This document shows, one piece after another, positions 12,779 through 26,276 of a stretch of DNA of 64,000 bases. This DNA comes from Octopus vulgaris (Eukaryota). Positions within the stretch are counted from its first letter, which is position 1. Each line of letters opens with the position of its first letter. The stretch lies in NCBI GenBank assembly GCA_951406725.2, contig OX597817.1:16182001-16246000 (forward strand), in the 5' to 3' direction. The notes under the pieces were generated by a model. It was not told the origin of the DNA and did not search any database. It saw only the letters and a list, made by a program, of their open reading frames with translations. The translations under genes were made by a program, and so were the position numbers.

Positions 12779-13141
12779 TCTTTATATATAAAAGTGAAGT
12801 TGTGTGTCTGTCTCCTACGATTTAGATTCCTAACTACTCCCACATTTTATAGACATGATTCATACCGAGCCCTTCTGGGTATTAGCGTGCATCTATGATG
12901 AGTCTACGATTTAAAAAAAAATTTACCATCAATTTTTCCCATTTTTAATGCATTTATGGCATATATAAGGGAAATGACTCTCTAAAAATTTATTATTAAA
13001 TCTCAGAATGTAAAAAGCTACAGTAACCCCCCCCCCTTTGTGGTTAGCCATATTGAGATGGCTATTATACTTTACATCTCTAAAAATGCTTATATAGTTA
13101 TTTCCCTTACAAACCCGAGCAACGCCGGGCGATACTGCTAG
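12779..13141 (+). mobile_element. Helitron-like non-autonomous element
   Basis: A|TCTTTATATATAAAAG ... CCCGAGCAACGCCGGGCGATACTGCTAG|T. Confidence 0.87.
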
Positions 13142-13381
13142 TTATATATAAAGCACAAATATTCCATACACTAAAATCTGGTCATATAATTAAACATTCT
13201 AGACATGAGCCAATGAAAGAGCCTCATCAGTGTTTCTAAAGGTGAGGTACATGCTGAACTGGTCGGATGTGGTCATATTTTAGTAGGGCCAGCAGAGCAG
13301 GGGTTACTTCAGAATGGAGCATGAATAACAAGTAAATAATACTTGCAATAAAATTTTAAGTAAAACTTCTTTTGAATATAT

Positions 13382-13787
13382 CTTTTATCTTTTACTTGTT
13401 TCAGTCATTTGACTGCGGCCATGCTGGAGCACCGCCTTTAATCGAGCACCTCAACCCCGGGACTTATCCTTTGTAAGCCCGGTACTGATTCTATCGGTGT
13501 CTTTTGCCGAACCGCTAAGTGATGGGAACATAAACACACCAGCATCGGTTGTCAAGCAATGCTAGGGGGACAAACACAGACACACAAACATACACATACA
13601 TATATATATATATATACATATATACGACGGGCTTCTTTCAGTTTCCGTCAACCAAATCCACTCACAAGGCTTTGGTCGGCCCGAGGCTATAGTAGAAGAT
13701 ACTTGCCCAAGGTGCCACGCAGTGGATTGAACCCGGAACCATGTGGTTGGTAAACAAGCTACTTACCACACAGCCACTCCTGCGCCT
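13382..13787 (-). mobile_element. SINE family 1, full length
   Basis: Ends with CACTCCTGCGCCT (head) and starts with CTTTTATCTTTTAC (tail). Confidence 0.92.
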
Positions 13788-13987
13788 ATATGTATATACA
13801 TGGAAAATTTAATTATTTCTTGATAGACTGGAAAAATTATGAATAGCCTTAATTGGTTTTTGAACCTTATTGGATTCTCATCAGAATTGGCCACATCACT
13901 TGAACAATCCCAGAGAAATCAGCAGCCAATCTGTTGAAATACACTAAATCCAATAGCTTCAGGGAATTGGGGATACTAAATTGCATA

Positions 13988-14242
13988 AAATAAATGCGCC
14001 CTTTTAAAGCTTAGCCAGGCTCATGGGCCCAGTTTCCTGGTTTCTATGGAGTATGTGTTCCCCAGCTGGACGGGACACCAGTCCATCGCAGCATTACTCA
14101 TTTTTGCCAGCTGAGTGGACAGGAGCAACGTGAAATGAAGTGTTTTGCTCAAGAACACAATGCTTCGACCGGTCCAGGAATCGAAACCACAATCTTACGA
14201 TCATGATGCTGACAGCCTAACCACTCAGCCACGCACCTCCAC
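13988..14242 (-). mobile_element. tRNA-derived SINE family 5 (GCGATGGACTGG..CCCGTCCAG core)
   Basis: A and B boxes AGTGGTTAGG and GGTTTCGATTCC; a second copy lies on + at 14758-15012. Confidence 0.85.
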
Positions 14243-14357
14243 TTACTAAATTGCATACTATACGTAAATCACACTTTATTTAATATCAGCAGCCAGTCAA
14301 CAGGGATATATACAGGGTATATACCAAAATGTGACCTCATGTGTACCGTTGGCGATT

Positions 14358-14525
14358 ATTTTCCTCTGTCTTCCCTTCTCCTATGTTTCCGACGAAGAGC
14401 TCCGCTCGAAACGTTAAACCCTCCTTCTTCCCTTCTTTCCTGAGCGTCCAATAATACTATATTTGTTCCACGTCCTCGCATTGTGGTGTTTTTTTGTGTT
14501 TTCTTGTTTGGATTAACTATATATA
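14358..14525 (+). mobile_element. Short Penelope/retrozyme-like element with a minimal hammerhead fold at 14385-14419
   Basis: GTTT CCGACGA A GAGC TCC GCTC GAAA CG TT AAAC: stem I GTTT/AAAC, stem II GAGC/GCTC, palindromic ACGT in place of stem III. Confidence 0.6.
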
Positions 14526-14757
14526 CAGAGTATAACAGGTAATTTGGGACCATTTAAATATCTATTATAATTGCTGTAACTCAGAAAAATTAAACACTGG
14601 AAATTTTATGTTTATGCTAATTTACTGTGGAGTGTTTAGTACTTATTTCAGTTCAATGTGAGCACCGCTTGCTTTCTTTACCAGTTCAGTCTGTTTACGA
14701 TATTATGCACATGCCTTAACTATTTCTTCCTTTCTCATTTTACTGAATGCTCACTTA

Positions 14758-15012
14758 GTGGAGGTGTGTGGCTTAGTGGTTAGGGTGTCAGCATCATGAT
14801 CGTAAGATTGTGGTTTCGATTCCTGGACCGGGCAATGCGTTGTATTCTTGAGCAAAACACTTCATTTCACGATGCTCCAGTCCACTCAGCTGGCAAAAAT
14901 GCCTAACGCTGCGATGGACTGGCGTCCCGTCCAGCTGGGAAACACATATGCCATAGAAACCGGGAAACCGGGCCCATGAGCCTGGCTAGGCTTTAAAAGG
15001 GTGCATTTATTA
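14758..15012 (+). mobile_element. SINE family 5
   Basis: GTGGAGGTGTGTGGCTTAGTGGTTAGG...GGTTTCGATTCC...GGCTTTAAAAGGG. Confidence 0.87.
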
Positions 15013-15477
15013 TTTTTTTTAAATGCTCGCTTGACTGAAGCCTTCATTGAAGACACACATTTGTGAGAAGTTGTGTTGGACACTGCTTCAACTGTGCCCA
15101 ATAACCAAAAATCACATGGTTTCAAATTTGGCAAGCTAGAGAGCCAGATATCTTTAAGGGCAATTCCCTCTTCAAAAATTCTTACACACTTTTCAAAGAA
15201 TGGGTGGACGGGGAGTCCTGTACAAACATAACTTAACTTGCATCATAATGCTTCTTAATCCAAGGCAACAAAACTTCTTCTAAGATTTTGAGATACTATG
15301 CTATGTTGATTTTAAGACCCATTTCAACCAAATGAAGAGGCATCAATTTCCCATCACTTACAACAGCTTCGAAGACCATAATGGAAGACAGATTTTTGCT
15401 ATGCATAGCTGAAGGAACTTGGGAAGGATTTTGATGGTTTGCAACTTCGTCTGCCATGAACTTCTTTTCATCCACAA

Positions 15478-15910
15478 TGCCGGTGACACGTAGCACCATC
15501 CGTTCGTGGCCGTTGCCAGTTTCGCCTGGCCCCCATGCTGGTGGCACGTAAAAGCTCCATCCGTTCGTGGCCATTGCCAGTCTCGCCTGGCCCCCGTGCC
15601 AGCGGCACGTAAAAAGCACCATCCGATCATGGCCGTTGCCAGCCTCGCCTGGCCCCCGTGCCGGTGGCACGTAAAAAGCACCATCCGTCCGTGGTCATTT
15701 GCCAGCTCCGTCTGGCACCTGTGCAGGTGGCACGTAAAAAGCACCCACTACACTCACGGAGTGGTTGGCGTTAGGAAGGGCATCAAGCCGTAGAAACACT
15801 GCCAGATCAGACTGGAGCCTGGTGCAGCCTTCTGGCTTCACAGACCCCTGTTGAACCGTCCAACCCATGCCAGCATGGAAAGCGGACGCTAAACGATGAT
15901 GATGATGATG
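15478..15910 (+). mobile_element. Family 4 element with five hairpin units
   Basis: Tandem GTGCCGGTGGCACGTAAAAAGCACCATCCG units, GGCGTTAGGAAGGGCATC block and (GAT)n tail. Confidence 0.88.
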
Positions 15911-16254
15911 AAAGATGCAGACATCTCTGCCACGATATTTCAGATGACTAAGAAGTTTGGGATTTGTTTCAGCTTGAACAGGTTTGAGACAGGAAGTTAG
16001 GATGTTACAGTGTCTTCTCATGTACAATTCCATACGGAGGTCTTGTCCCACAGCCCTAGAAATTATCATTTCATTGATTACTCGATCTTGAGCCAACTTC
16101 ACCATCGATTTGATGGGGTCGACTCAATTAATCTTTTAAGTCCTGCTCAGAAGTGAGGTCTGCATTTCCAGTCACTGCGAGGACTTTGAGGTTTTTTCCA
16201 AACATCCTGACTCTTCTGCAAATTGGCTACAACTCTAAAAACAGTGGACTTAGT

Positions 16255-16580
16255 AAACACCCACAAGGTTATCAACCACCTCACCAACAACAACACTGAA
16301 CACCTTTTTGATCTCCATGTGTCTAACACACGTGGACATGCCTACAAAGTCAGAAAACAACACAGCTCCCATGACTTTCGGAAACATTTTTCACGCTCAG
16401 AGTTGCTGAAGCATGGAATAAACTGCCTGCGTCAGTTGTTGACTGCCATGACACTGCATCTTTTAAGGCCCTCATGCTTTCCGAAATCCGCCAAAACTAC
16501 ACCTGATTATATATACACTTTAGATGAGTTGTAGTGCACCTGAGCACTGTACACAATTATCATTATTATTATTATTATTA
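16255..16580 (+). mobile_element. CR1-type LINE 3' fragment
   Basis: NTRGHAYKVRKQHSSHDFRKHF followed, after a frameshift, by RVAEAWNKLP (CR1 C-terminal signature); (ATT)n tail. Confidence 0.85.
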
Positions 16581-16816
16581 TATTACTTTGTGACTCTAAC
16601 AATCTCCCCAGCACTTTTGCCAGTGCAGAATAATTTGGAAACTACACTTCTATAGTTTTAATTCTTTATTAACATTCATAATTTATTCTATCAGAAATAA
16701 AAAAAAAATAGTACAAGTGATTATTCAAACTGGTAATATTTAAAATTTAGACTCCAACAAAATTAGAAATATACCCTTTTGAAACTTGTCCCAATTTACC
16801 TGATACACAATGTGTT

Positions 16817-16895
<79 letters not shown>

Positions 16896-17930
16896 CATAC
16901 ACACACACACATATGTATATGTGAGAGAGTGAGAGAGAAAGAAAGAAGAAAAGAAAGATAGCATATTAAGTCACTAAATTAAATAAATATTGAGTTCTCT
17001 ATGAATTCAGCCACTCCATCTTTGTATAAGAAATAACAACATCATAGTTAAACATAAGTAGTTTTGATATATTTTCTAAATGCTAAGTAAACTAATCCAT
17101 GAGTTGGTTATTCATATGTTAAGAATAAGTTTAAGAAATACAGCATCAAAGAATACTGATGCCTAGATTACTCCTAAAGTAGCCATGATATTATCTTCTT
17201 CAAAAAACAAATATATATTTTAAATAGTAGTCTAAAATTACTTTTGAAGTTAGAGCAGCAAATTTTGATTCTACTAAGTAATGTGAGAGCTACTATCCAA
17301 CCTTTGTGAAGTAGCAACAGCGTAACATACTTTATTGCAGATATAAAGGATATTAAAATACATCTTAGAGCACCACTTATTTTGAGAACAAAACACTTTT
17401 ATTTGACTTACTTAACAAAAGGTGTTCAGTTTCCATTTCAAGGGTTTTTCTCAAACAATACAGACTAAAGCACAATGCAAGTCTACAATCAACTGCGGAG
17501 GCTGGTAATCTGAAAAAAATCTTGAACTTATTTCCTAAATGACCAGTCAGTACCTGGCCTATCAGCAAAGTAGGTCAAAAATAGAAAAAGAATAATTTCA
17601 CACCAATGTAGCTAGAAAGATAAATCCAGCTCTAATATTTTACATGTATTGTTGATATCTAACTGTCCATGCTGGCATGAACTGTTATGCCTTAATGCCT
17701 CCTCACCTATCCCTTGTCATCCAGTTTGTTAACCCTTACTCTTGATTAGGTCATAATAACCTCATAGCAAAGCTTTCTCGCTAGTCTTATTCATTCTTAC
17801 TAAATATTCATATCACGTGAATTCCTGATGCTTTTAATTCTCAGAAGCTTTTTTTAAAACTAACTCAAGTTTTGACCTTGCTCCAAAATTAATGTGGTCA
17901 ATCTGCTTTATTTCATTTTTTCAAGCACTT

Positions 17931-18370
17931 ATCATCATCAACATCAACATCGTTTAACGTCCGTTTTCCGCGCTAGCACGGGTTAGACGGTTCGACCGGG
18001 GTCTGGGAAGCCAGGGGCTGCACCAGGCTCCAGTCTGATCTGGCAGAGTTTCTACAGCTGGATGCCCTTCCTAACACCAACCACTCCGCGGGTGTAGTGA
18101 GTGCTTTTTACGTGCCACCTGCACACGTGCCAGGGGGGGTCCGGCATCAGCCACAATCAGTTGGAGCTTTTAACGTGCCACTGGCACGGAAGCCGGCCAA
18201 GGTGGCGCTGGCAACGGCCATGTTCGAAATGGTGCTTTTTATGTGCCACTGGCACAGAAGCCAGTCGAGGCGGCGCTGGCATCAGCCACGTTCAGATGGT
18301 GCTTTTTATGTGCCACTGGCACAGAAGCCAGTCGGGGCGGCACTGGCATCGGCCACGTTCGGATGGTGCC
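17931..18370 (-). mobile_element. Family 4 element
   Basis: Same conserved block plus ACAGAAGCCAGTCGAGGCGGCGCTGGCATC-type units. Confidence 0.87.
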
Positions 18371-20100
18371 ATCTTTACTGCTCATTCCTCCAGTAATGTG
18401 GAACAGCATCCTTCAGACCATATTCGTTGTTTGTCTTCTCCCTAGTATTATGTTAGTCAAAACAGAAAACTCAGAACCTTAAGGGCTCCACTACAAAGGT
18501 AAAGCTTCGGGAATGAAGAAACAGAAAAAGCACAAAAAGTCATAGGAAACAGGCTACAGTATGGGTGTTAAAAAAAAATTGCTATGTTGAGCTGAAAGTG
18601 TCACAGAGCAAGCAAATAGTTGTAGGGTCACAGGAGACAATAAAGAGGAAATAGCCTAACAATGAATCAGAAATTTAATCATCATCATTATCATCATCAT
18701 CATCATCATCATTTTAACATCTACATTTTCATACTTGTTTGGGTTGGATGTGTTTCCAATACCACATCTCAGTCAATATCCTGAAATCAATTTTCACAAC
18801 TTCTGCTCATGTATCACTTGGTCTTCTACTATAGCTTTTTTCCACTCTAATCTTCTCACTCTTTTATACCCATCTATCATCCACGTGCATTACATATCAA
18901 TATCAATGCAGTCATCTCCCTTGTACAGTGCAAGCCAGAAGACTGCACCAAACTCTGTTGCCTACTTCCTAATGCCAACGACTTTACAGAGTGTACTGGA
19001 CGCTTCTTTTCATGGCACCAACATTATTGAGGTCACCAAGTAACTTGCAAGACAAAGACCTCTTGACTAGGAGAAGGAGTATAACTGAGGGAGGCAGTTT
19101 TGTGCCAGCTGATGGCAGGTTAAAAAAATAATAGAGGGACACAGATAGGTGTTTTTCTGTAGGGGAAATACAAGGATACCCAATTTGGAAAAGAAAGGAG
19201 TTAGAGAGAAAGATAAAAAAAGACAGAGTTGGAAAGATATAGGGACAGTGTGAAAGAAATGTTAGTGGTGATGTGTTGGGGGTGGGGACATACCCTCAAG
19301 GTACAGTAGGGGATAAGTATAGATGAATTGATACAGAGAACTGGACTGGGTGAGTAGGCAAAGGGTGGAGGGGGAAGTTTTATAAGAGTGTGAGGAGAGA
19401 TGATTAGAGATGGGAGAAAGGTAACAGTAGCAAGTGATGGTGAGAAATATAGGTATAATACGGGGGGGGGGAGGTTATGGTAGATATGTGAGGGCACTGG
19501 GAGTGGTAGCAGATAAGAGAGGAGTTAAGGATGGACTATTGAAGAGGGGAGAGAGCAATGGCTGTATGTAGTTAAAAAAATTTTTTCAGGTCTCCAATTA
19601 AAGGTATGGTGAGCCATACTGTATGGTAGACATAATTGTCCTTTTGTAATTAGTCAGAAACTACTCAGGCTTACAGAATAATTAAGCTCTAAAAAAGAAA
19701 ACTCATAAATTCTTCAATATGGCTTTAGTTACACTGATATTGTGTCCCTCCCCAGAGATGGTGCAAGACTTAGTTGGAACTAGCATTGTGATGATTTTTG
19801 TTAATTTTCTTATAAGGTAATCAAAGAATAAGAAGTGTTCATTCCCTTAGAACTTCTTTCTAGAATGGGAAACTTATGTGGCCATATACTCAGCCCAATC
19901 AGCAGGGTAATGCCCACAGGTAAAAAAAACATGTGTAGGGGTTGAACCAGGGGTCTAGTTCAAATGCTTGTAACAGACTGAAATTTTTCTAAGGACATCC
20001 AAGAAATAGGTCAGAGTGTTAAACTGGGTGTCATGTTAGGCCAGCCACCCATTATGTGCAAGCAAAAAAAAATCAACAATCACATTAAAAAAAAAAAAAA

Positions 20101-20492
20101 CCTGTGTCCGTGGCACATAAAAAAAACACCATCTGAGCGTGGCCGTTTGCCAACCTCGTCTGGCACCTGTGTCCGTGGCACATAAAAAAAAACACCATCC
20201 GAGCGTGGCCGTTTGCCAGCCTTGTCTGGCACCTATGTCGGTGGCACATGAAAAACACCATCCGAGCGTGGCCGTTCGCCAGCCTCGTCTGGCACCTGTG
20301 TCGGTGGCACATAAAAAGCACCCACTACACTCACGGAGTGGTTGGCGTTAGGAAGGGCATCCAGCTGTAGAAACACTGCCAGATCTGACTGGAGCCTGGT
20401 GTAGCCTTCTGGCTTCCCAGACCCCAGTTGAACCGTCCAACCCATGTTAGCATGGAAAGCGGACTTTTAAACGATGATGATGATGATGATGA
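20101..20492 (+). mobile_element. Family 4 element
   Basis: Four units, close to the reverse complement of 5035-5435; (GAT)n tail. Confidence 0.87.
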
Positions 20493-20674
20493 CATTAAGT
20501 CTGGTCATGTCCAGTCCAAATATTCTATTTTATATCTCAAAGATATAAGATAATGCACGATAAATCCAAAACAATGTAAATGAAGAAACACTTCATTTGA
20601 CAGAATCATCTGAACAATAGAGTTAATGCTATATATAAACACAATGTCATGTGTTTTAAGGATATGATTAATAG

Positions 20675-20865
20675 TATTCTTTTCGACTCTAGGCACAAGG
20701 CCCGAAATTTGGGGGGAGGGGGCCAGTCGATTAGCTCGACCCCAGTAAGCAAATGGTACTTAATTTATTGACCCTGAAAGGATAAAAGGCAAAGTCGACC
20801 TTGGCGGAATTTGAACTCAGAATGTAAAGACAGATGAAATACTGCTAAGCATTTCACCTGGCATG
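20675..20865 (-). mobile_element. SINE family 2 variant (CCTTGTGCCTAGA tail)
   Basis: Same head and core as 5723-5957, different 3' part shared with 55650-55822. Confidence 0.75.
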
Positions 20866-22899
20866 GAATATGATTTGCAATAAAACAGAACTAATGGGAA
20901 GTAATATTCAGTTGTGAACTTGACTAACAGCGAGCTTTTACTCTTTGATGTCCATCTAAAATTATATCAACTCCACTCTCTGAAATTCATCATGTAACAG
21001 TATACCAATTACAATGCAGTGATAGGTTTTCAATGAAATTTACTGCCCACAAGAAAAACAAATATTGTGCCAAAAAAGAGAAACACCTATCTACCTGCTT
21101 ACAATACCAAACCCTACCTAGATGATATTTTGTTCTAATTTATCAACTGAATTAGGAAGGCTAGAAATACTAAAAGATTGGGCATTAGAAAGCTATAGCA
21201 TATTGGCCTTGAGTAAGCACACGAGGAAACTTTCTGAGCACATCAGTTATACTATACTTCAAACATCCGGTTTTATCTACATACCTACAACAGGTCAACA
21301 AATGAGATTTTATACCCTGATCCCATTCTTCTTATTTGCTCCCCTCTCACTACCACACATTTTTTTGTTTCTTTTTCCTCTGACATTTTCAGATTAAAAG
21401 GTTTTATAATCAATAGAATGAGTATTTTGCAAATGAAAATAGAATCTGTAGTAAGGATAGAAGCCAAAATTTTCTGAAAAGCTTGCCCAGGTAAAATATC
21501 TTATCAGCACAACCAGGAATCACACACCTTTATAGTAAACATGTTTAACAGTTTTACAACAAAGAAACCTCAAAAGACTCAAAGCACATCGAACTCTTAC
21601 TCAGAAAGAAAGGTACAAATATCAGAAACTGCATTTAAAATTGAATAATACCTTTCGTGGAAAGTCACTTTTTATTTAATAAATTTCAGTTATCATTATT
21701 AAATAAAATATGAAAAAGCCATGATTGATACTAAAAAGAGTCAATACAAAATGATAAAATATATTTTTCAAACACCTAAATTAAAACTTAAAACGAATTT
21801 GAAAAAGGATAAATTAACTTTTTAAGAGTTACTTAAATCTAAAACTATGAAAATACTCAGATATACCATACATTATTCTGTTTATTAAACAAGGCTGGCT
21901 GAGTTACTCAAATTAAATAGCTCACACAAAGACAGTAAAACATTTTGCCTGTGTAGCCAAGGTAGCATGTAAAATATTTTAGTTTCATATCAATGTACAA
22001 ATAAGTGAAATAAAATGAGAGAGAAAAATGATAACAGCAACAATAAATTTAATTTTTATGTACATAAAAGTTGTATGTAAATATTTTCAACAGCAAACTC
22101 AGAAAAGCCATGCGTGTTAAGAAAAATCAACAATATGTGCATGTATGTATGTATGTATGTGTATGTATGTATGAATATATAATTAATTATGCAAATCATA
22201 GCAGATAGAAAACTGTGGTGTGAGCTTTACAGGCTGCATGGGTTTGCTCTTAAAAAAAAAAAAGTGGCAAAGAAGTAGAAGGGAGTGATAGTGAGTTTTA
22301 ACAATCATGAATGGAAAGACCCACACATTTCCCCCACCCACGACTTCACTACAATCACCAGCTGCCACTTAAAAGTAAACCTGAATTAGAAAAACTATCA
22401 CCTGCTGCTGCTACTGCTGCTGTTGTTGTTGTTGTTACTGCTGCTACAGCCTGCTAGTACAGTTCAAGTTTGGCTTTATAAACCACCTAGACAGACTATT
22501 TCTTTTCCTTCTTTTTATTGTCAAGCAAGAAAAGTTAGGGAAGAGTTCCTAGGTTTACTTGGGAATAGGCATTCTTTTAACTCCAGATATTAACAACACA
22601 CCTACCTAGCAAGGCTAGGCTGCATGACGACAATAACATACAAGCCAAAGCTAATGTTTTGGGGGTTTTTTAGTAAAAGGAGGCAGGACACAGAGGAGTA
22701 CAAATAACAAAAAAAAAAGACAAGGGTAGGCCTACTACGTGGGTGAATAACAATCAAAATTATATTCATAGATCTTTGAAATAAAATACCCTTTCATTTT
22801 TTTAACAATAAATGTTTTTTTTGTTTTTTTTTTTTTAAATATTCTAAAACAAAATTCTATCAATTTTTAGAATTAATTTTTTTATATAATGATGATGAT

Positions 22900-22905
22900 G
22901 GTAAT

Positions 22906-22936
<31 letters not shown>

Positions 22937-23661
22937 TTGCATCTGTTTTTCCATGCTTCCATAGGTAGGACAGGTCTTCCCAAGTACAGCGCTTCGCCAT
23001 TTGTTGCAGCCCTTAGTCATCTCCTTCATGAGATCTAACCTCTTGATCTCAGCCTTCACCACATTTTCCTGTAACTTCCTTTTTCCATATAATCCTTCCA
23101 CATGGACCATTTGGTTCTTCTTTGTCCAACTGTCATTGTTTCATAGACATCACATGTCTATAGCAGTGTGGTCTTCTCTCTCGCCCATTATATCTGATTT
23201 GTCTTAAACCCAATATTTTTCTCAGTTCAATTGTGCCATGATGCTCAGGCACCCTAGCATAACACATCCAGAGAATTATGCTCACTTCATTTTCCTCTGC
23301 TCTCCTATACTCTCTGCATTCATTGCCCATGTTTTGCTACCATGCAACATTGCACTTAGCACACAACCATCAGACAGCTTTCCTTCTAATTGTTTGGTAG
23401 AATATCCTTACTGCAAATACGGGTAACAGACTTCTGAACATTTTCCATTCTTACAGCCTCGTCTGGCACCTGTGCCGGTGGCACGTAAAAAGCACCCACT
23501 ACACTCACGGAGTGGTTGGCGTTAGGAAGGGCATCCAGCTGTAGAAACACTGCCAGATCAGACTGGGCCTGGTGCAGCCTTCTGGCTTCCCAGACCCCAG
23601 TTGAACCGTCCAACCCATGCCAGCATGGAAAGCGGACGTTAAATGATGATGATGATGATGA
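22900..23661. mobile_element. Decayed RTE-X LINE 3' fragment (-) followed by a family 4 element (+, 23455-23661)
   Basis: Minus translation WMCYARV...ELRKILGLRQIRY; (CAT)n at about 22908; family 4 block with (GAT)n tail. Confidence 0.7.
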
Positions 23662-24125
23662 CAGCAGTATCAGAAGATAACAACCATTTCTGTGGAGCCT
23701 TCTCAGCATCTGACAGAATTTATTTCATGGGTGTTTTTAGAGAAAGAGAAGAATCAACACCAGTAGTGGTTTGGTCTTCAGCAATTCAGGGTGTTTGGAC
23801 TAAATTTGACAATTATTTCATGCTTCTGTTTTTCAGGACATCTTGATGGACAGGTGGACAGTTAATGGCATTGGAGAGCATAAAGATTAAAGTTGGAGTT
23901 GAGAAAAAGTTAATTAATATAGAGGACTGGAAGCTATCTGAATATTGGAAAAGAGTTACCTGTATTATGAGGATTCACATCAGGTATCAAAATGCCAACA
24001 TCATGACTGCTGCTCAGTGTCCCATAAAGACTGTGAAAACTGTAAGATGTGAGATAGACACTAGGAATGGCAACTACAAAGCCATGGCCAGTAAGAAGAG
24101 ACACAGAAGGCATTCTGACTGTGTC

Positions 24126-24992
24126 CATCATCATCATCATCATCATCATAGTTTAATGTCTGTTTTCCATGCTGGCATGGGTTGGACAGTTTGACTGAGG
24201 TCTGGAGAGCCAGCAGCTGCACCAGGCTCCACTCTGATCTGGTAGTGTTTCTACAGCTGGACATCCTTCCTAACACCAACCACTCCAAGAGTGTAGTGGG
24301 TGCTTTTTACGTGCCACTGGCACAGGAGCCAGTCAGGTGGGCCTGACATCAATCACATGATGTTCTACAGCAGGGTTTGCCACCACCCCCTGCCGGAGAC
24401 TTGTGAAGCTTCAGGTGCTTTTGCTCAATAACACTCACAATGCCTGGTCTGGGAATCGAAACTACGATCCTACAACCGCAAGTCCACTGCCCTAACCACT
24501 GGGCCATTGCGTTTCCACATGTCTAAAATCATCCAACAACTGAAGATGATTGAAGATCCAAGCAAGCGAATCCAAACTTTAGCAAGAGAGAAAGGTGTTT
24601 ATCATTATCATCATCATCGTTTAACGTCCGTTTTCCGCGCTAGCATGGGTTGGACGGTTCGACTGGGGTCTGGGAAGCCAGGGGCTGCACCAGGCTCCAG
24701 TCTGATCCGGCAGTGTTTCTACAGCTGGATGCCCTTCCTAACGCCAACCACTCCGCGAGTGTAGTGGGTGCTTTTTACGTGCCACCTGCACAGGTGCCAG
24801 TCGAGGCGGCGCTGGCATCGGCCACGTTCGGATGGTGCTTTTTATGTGCCACCGGCACAGAAGCCAGTCGAGGCGGCGCTGGCATCGGCCACGTTCGGAT
24901 GGTGCTTTTTATGTGCCACCAGCACAGAAGCCAGTCGAGGCGGCGCTGGCATCGGCCACGTTTGGATGGTGCTTTTTATGTGCCACCGGCAC
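24126..24992 (-). mobile_element. Two family 4 elements (24126-24350, 24601-24992) flanking a family 3 SINE (24372-24520)
   Basis: Diagnostic blocks as above. Confidence 0.8.
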
Positions 24993-25521
24993 ATTATGAG
25001 TCACCATTATGAAACATTGGAGTCACCATTATGAAACTGACCCTGAATGAGGACTTTTGCTATCACTCATACAAGAGGCATGAGGGACAAATTCTGTAAA
25101 CCAAAGCCAAGGAGAATTGTTTGACAAAGGCTAAGAAGTTCTTGAACAAGCTGAGGCATTCTGCAGAGCAAGGGATGATCCAGTTCTTCTTAGATGAAAA
25201 GAACTGCCGCCAAGACCAGTTGCACGACACCCAGAACAACAGGTGGTTTGTCTATAATCCATGTGATGGCCTACAAATCTTGAAAACCAAGCTGCCCCAA
25301 ACTGTGATGGTCTTTTGATGTGTCTCAAGTGAAGGTGACAGAATGCTGCCCTACACCTTTAAATAGGGCCCATTCAGACAGCTATGTGAAGCTGCTGGAA
25401 GGCCATATGTGTAGCAGCAGGATTCAGCTCTTTGCCATACCTCCAGAAAGAGTCAGAAGTGGTTGTTGGAGAATTTCTACAACTTCGCCAACCCCAATTT
25501 CTGGCATCTTAATTGCCTTAA

Positions 25522-25740
25522 CCCTTTAGTATTTAAACCGGCCATATCCGGCCAAAATATTTAATTTGTTTTATGTTCAAACTGACCAGATCCAGGCCCT
25601 CACACCTACCCTATAATGTTATTCTACATTAAGTAATTACACCATCAAGATCTTGAAGATATGAGATAATGCATGATTAATTCAAATCAATGGGAATCAA
25701 TAGGCATTATGTTTGATAGAATAATCTGAACACTAAAGGG
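25522..25740 (+). mobile_element. piggyBac-type MITE, subtype A
   Basis: TTAA|CCCTTTAGT ... ACTAAAGGG|TTAA; 219 bp. Confidence 0.9.
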
Positions 25741-26056
25741 TTAATTGTAATCCCATGAATTATTATGTGTGGGGCACAGCTGAGAAACACCAATTACTTT
25801 GCCTGCAACACCAAGGCCGAGATGGAGGCCAAGATCAAGGAGGTGTTTGAAAATCTTCCCAGGGACACAGTGAAAAATGCATGCACCAGGTTCTGGAGCC
25901 ATCTTCAGACTGTGGTGGAAGCTGAGGGCAGTTACTTTGAGTAAACTGTTATCTACCAGCCATAATCTAGTTGATATTTTTTGATTTTTTAAAATACTTT
26001 TATTTTTAGATGAGATATAGTGGTTTTTCTTCCTTTTATGAAACTGTCAAATTTAA

Positions 26057-26276
26057 CCCTTTAGCATTTAAACCGGCCATATCCGGCCAAAAGTATCTGC
26101 CTGTTTTATGTTCAAACTGGCCAGATCTGGTCTCTCACACCAACCCTACAATATCATTTTAAAAATTAACAGCTTCCTCATCAAAATCTCATAACTACAA
26201 GATAATGCATGATTAGTTCAAAACAATGTGGATAAAGAAGCATTAATTTTGGCAGGATAATGTGAACACTAAAGGG
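26057..26276 (+). mobile_element. piggyBac-type MITE, subtype B
   Basis: TTAA|CCCTTTAGC ... CTAAAGGG|TTAA. Confidence 0.9.

Larger units (their letters stand above)
14524..16230 (-). pseudogene. Decayed Tc1/mariner (maT-like) transposase interrupted by a SINE and a family 4 element
   Basis: Minus-strand remnants SSIMVFEAVVSDGKLMPL, FVQDSP, PNLKPCDFWLLG and terminal GAHIE*. Confidence 0.7.

Noticed and set aside
13205-13240. CTGATGAGGC on the minus strand as a hammerhead
   Set aside because: No GAAA follows the potential stem II and stems I and III cannot be formed.
15478-15745. CRISPR-like array (hairpin repeat plus ~35-nt spacers)
   Set aside because: Spacers are homologous to each other, no cas genes are present, the context is eukaryotic, and the array is part of a LINE 3' UTR (see 33585-34748).
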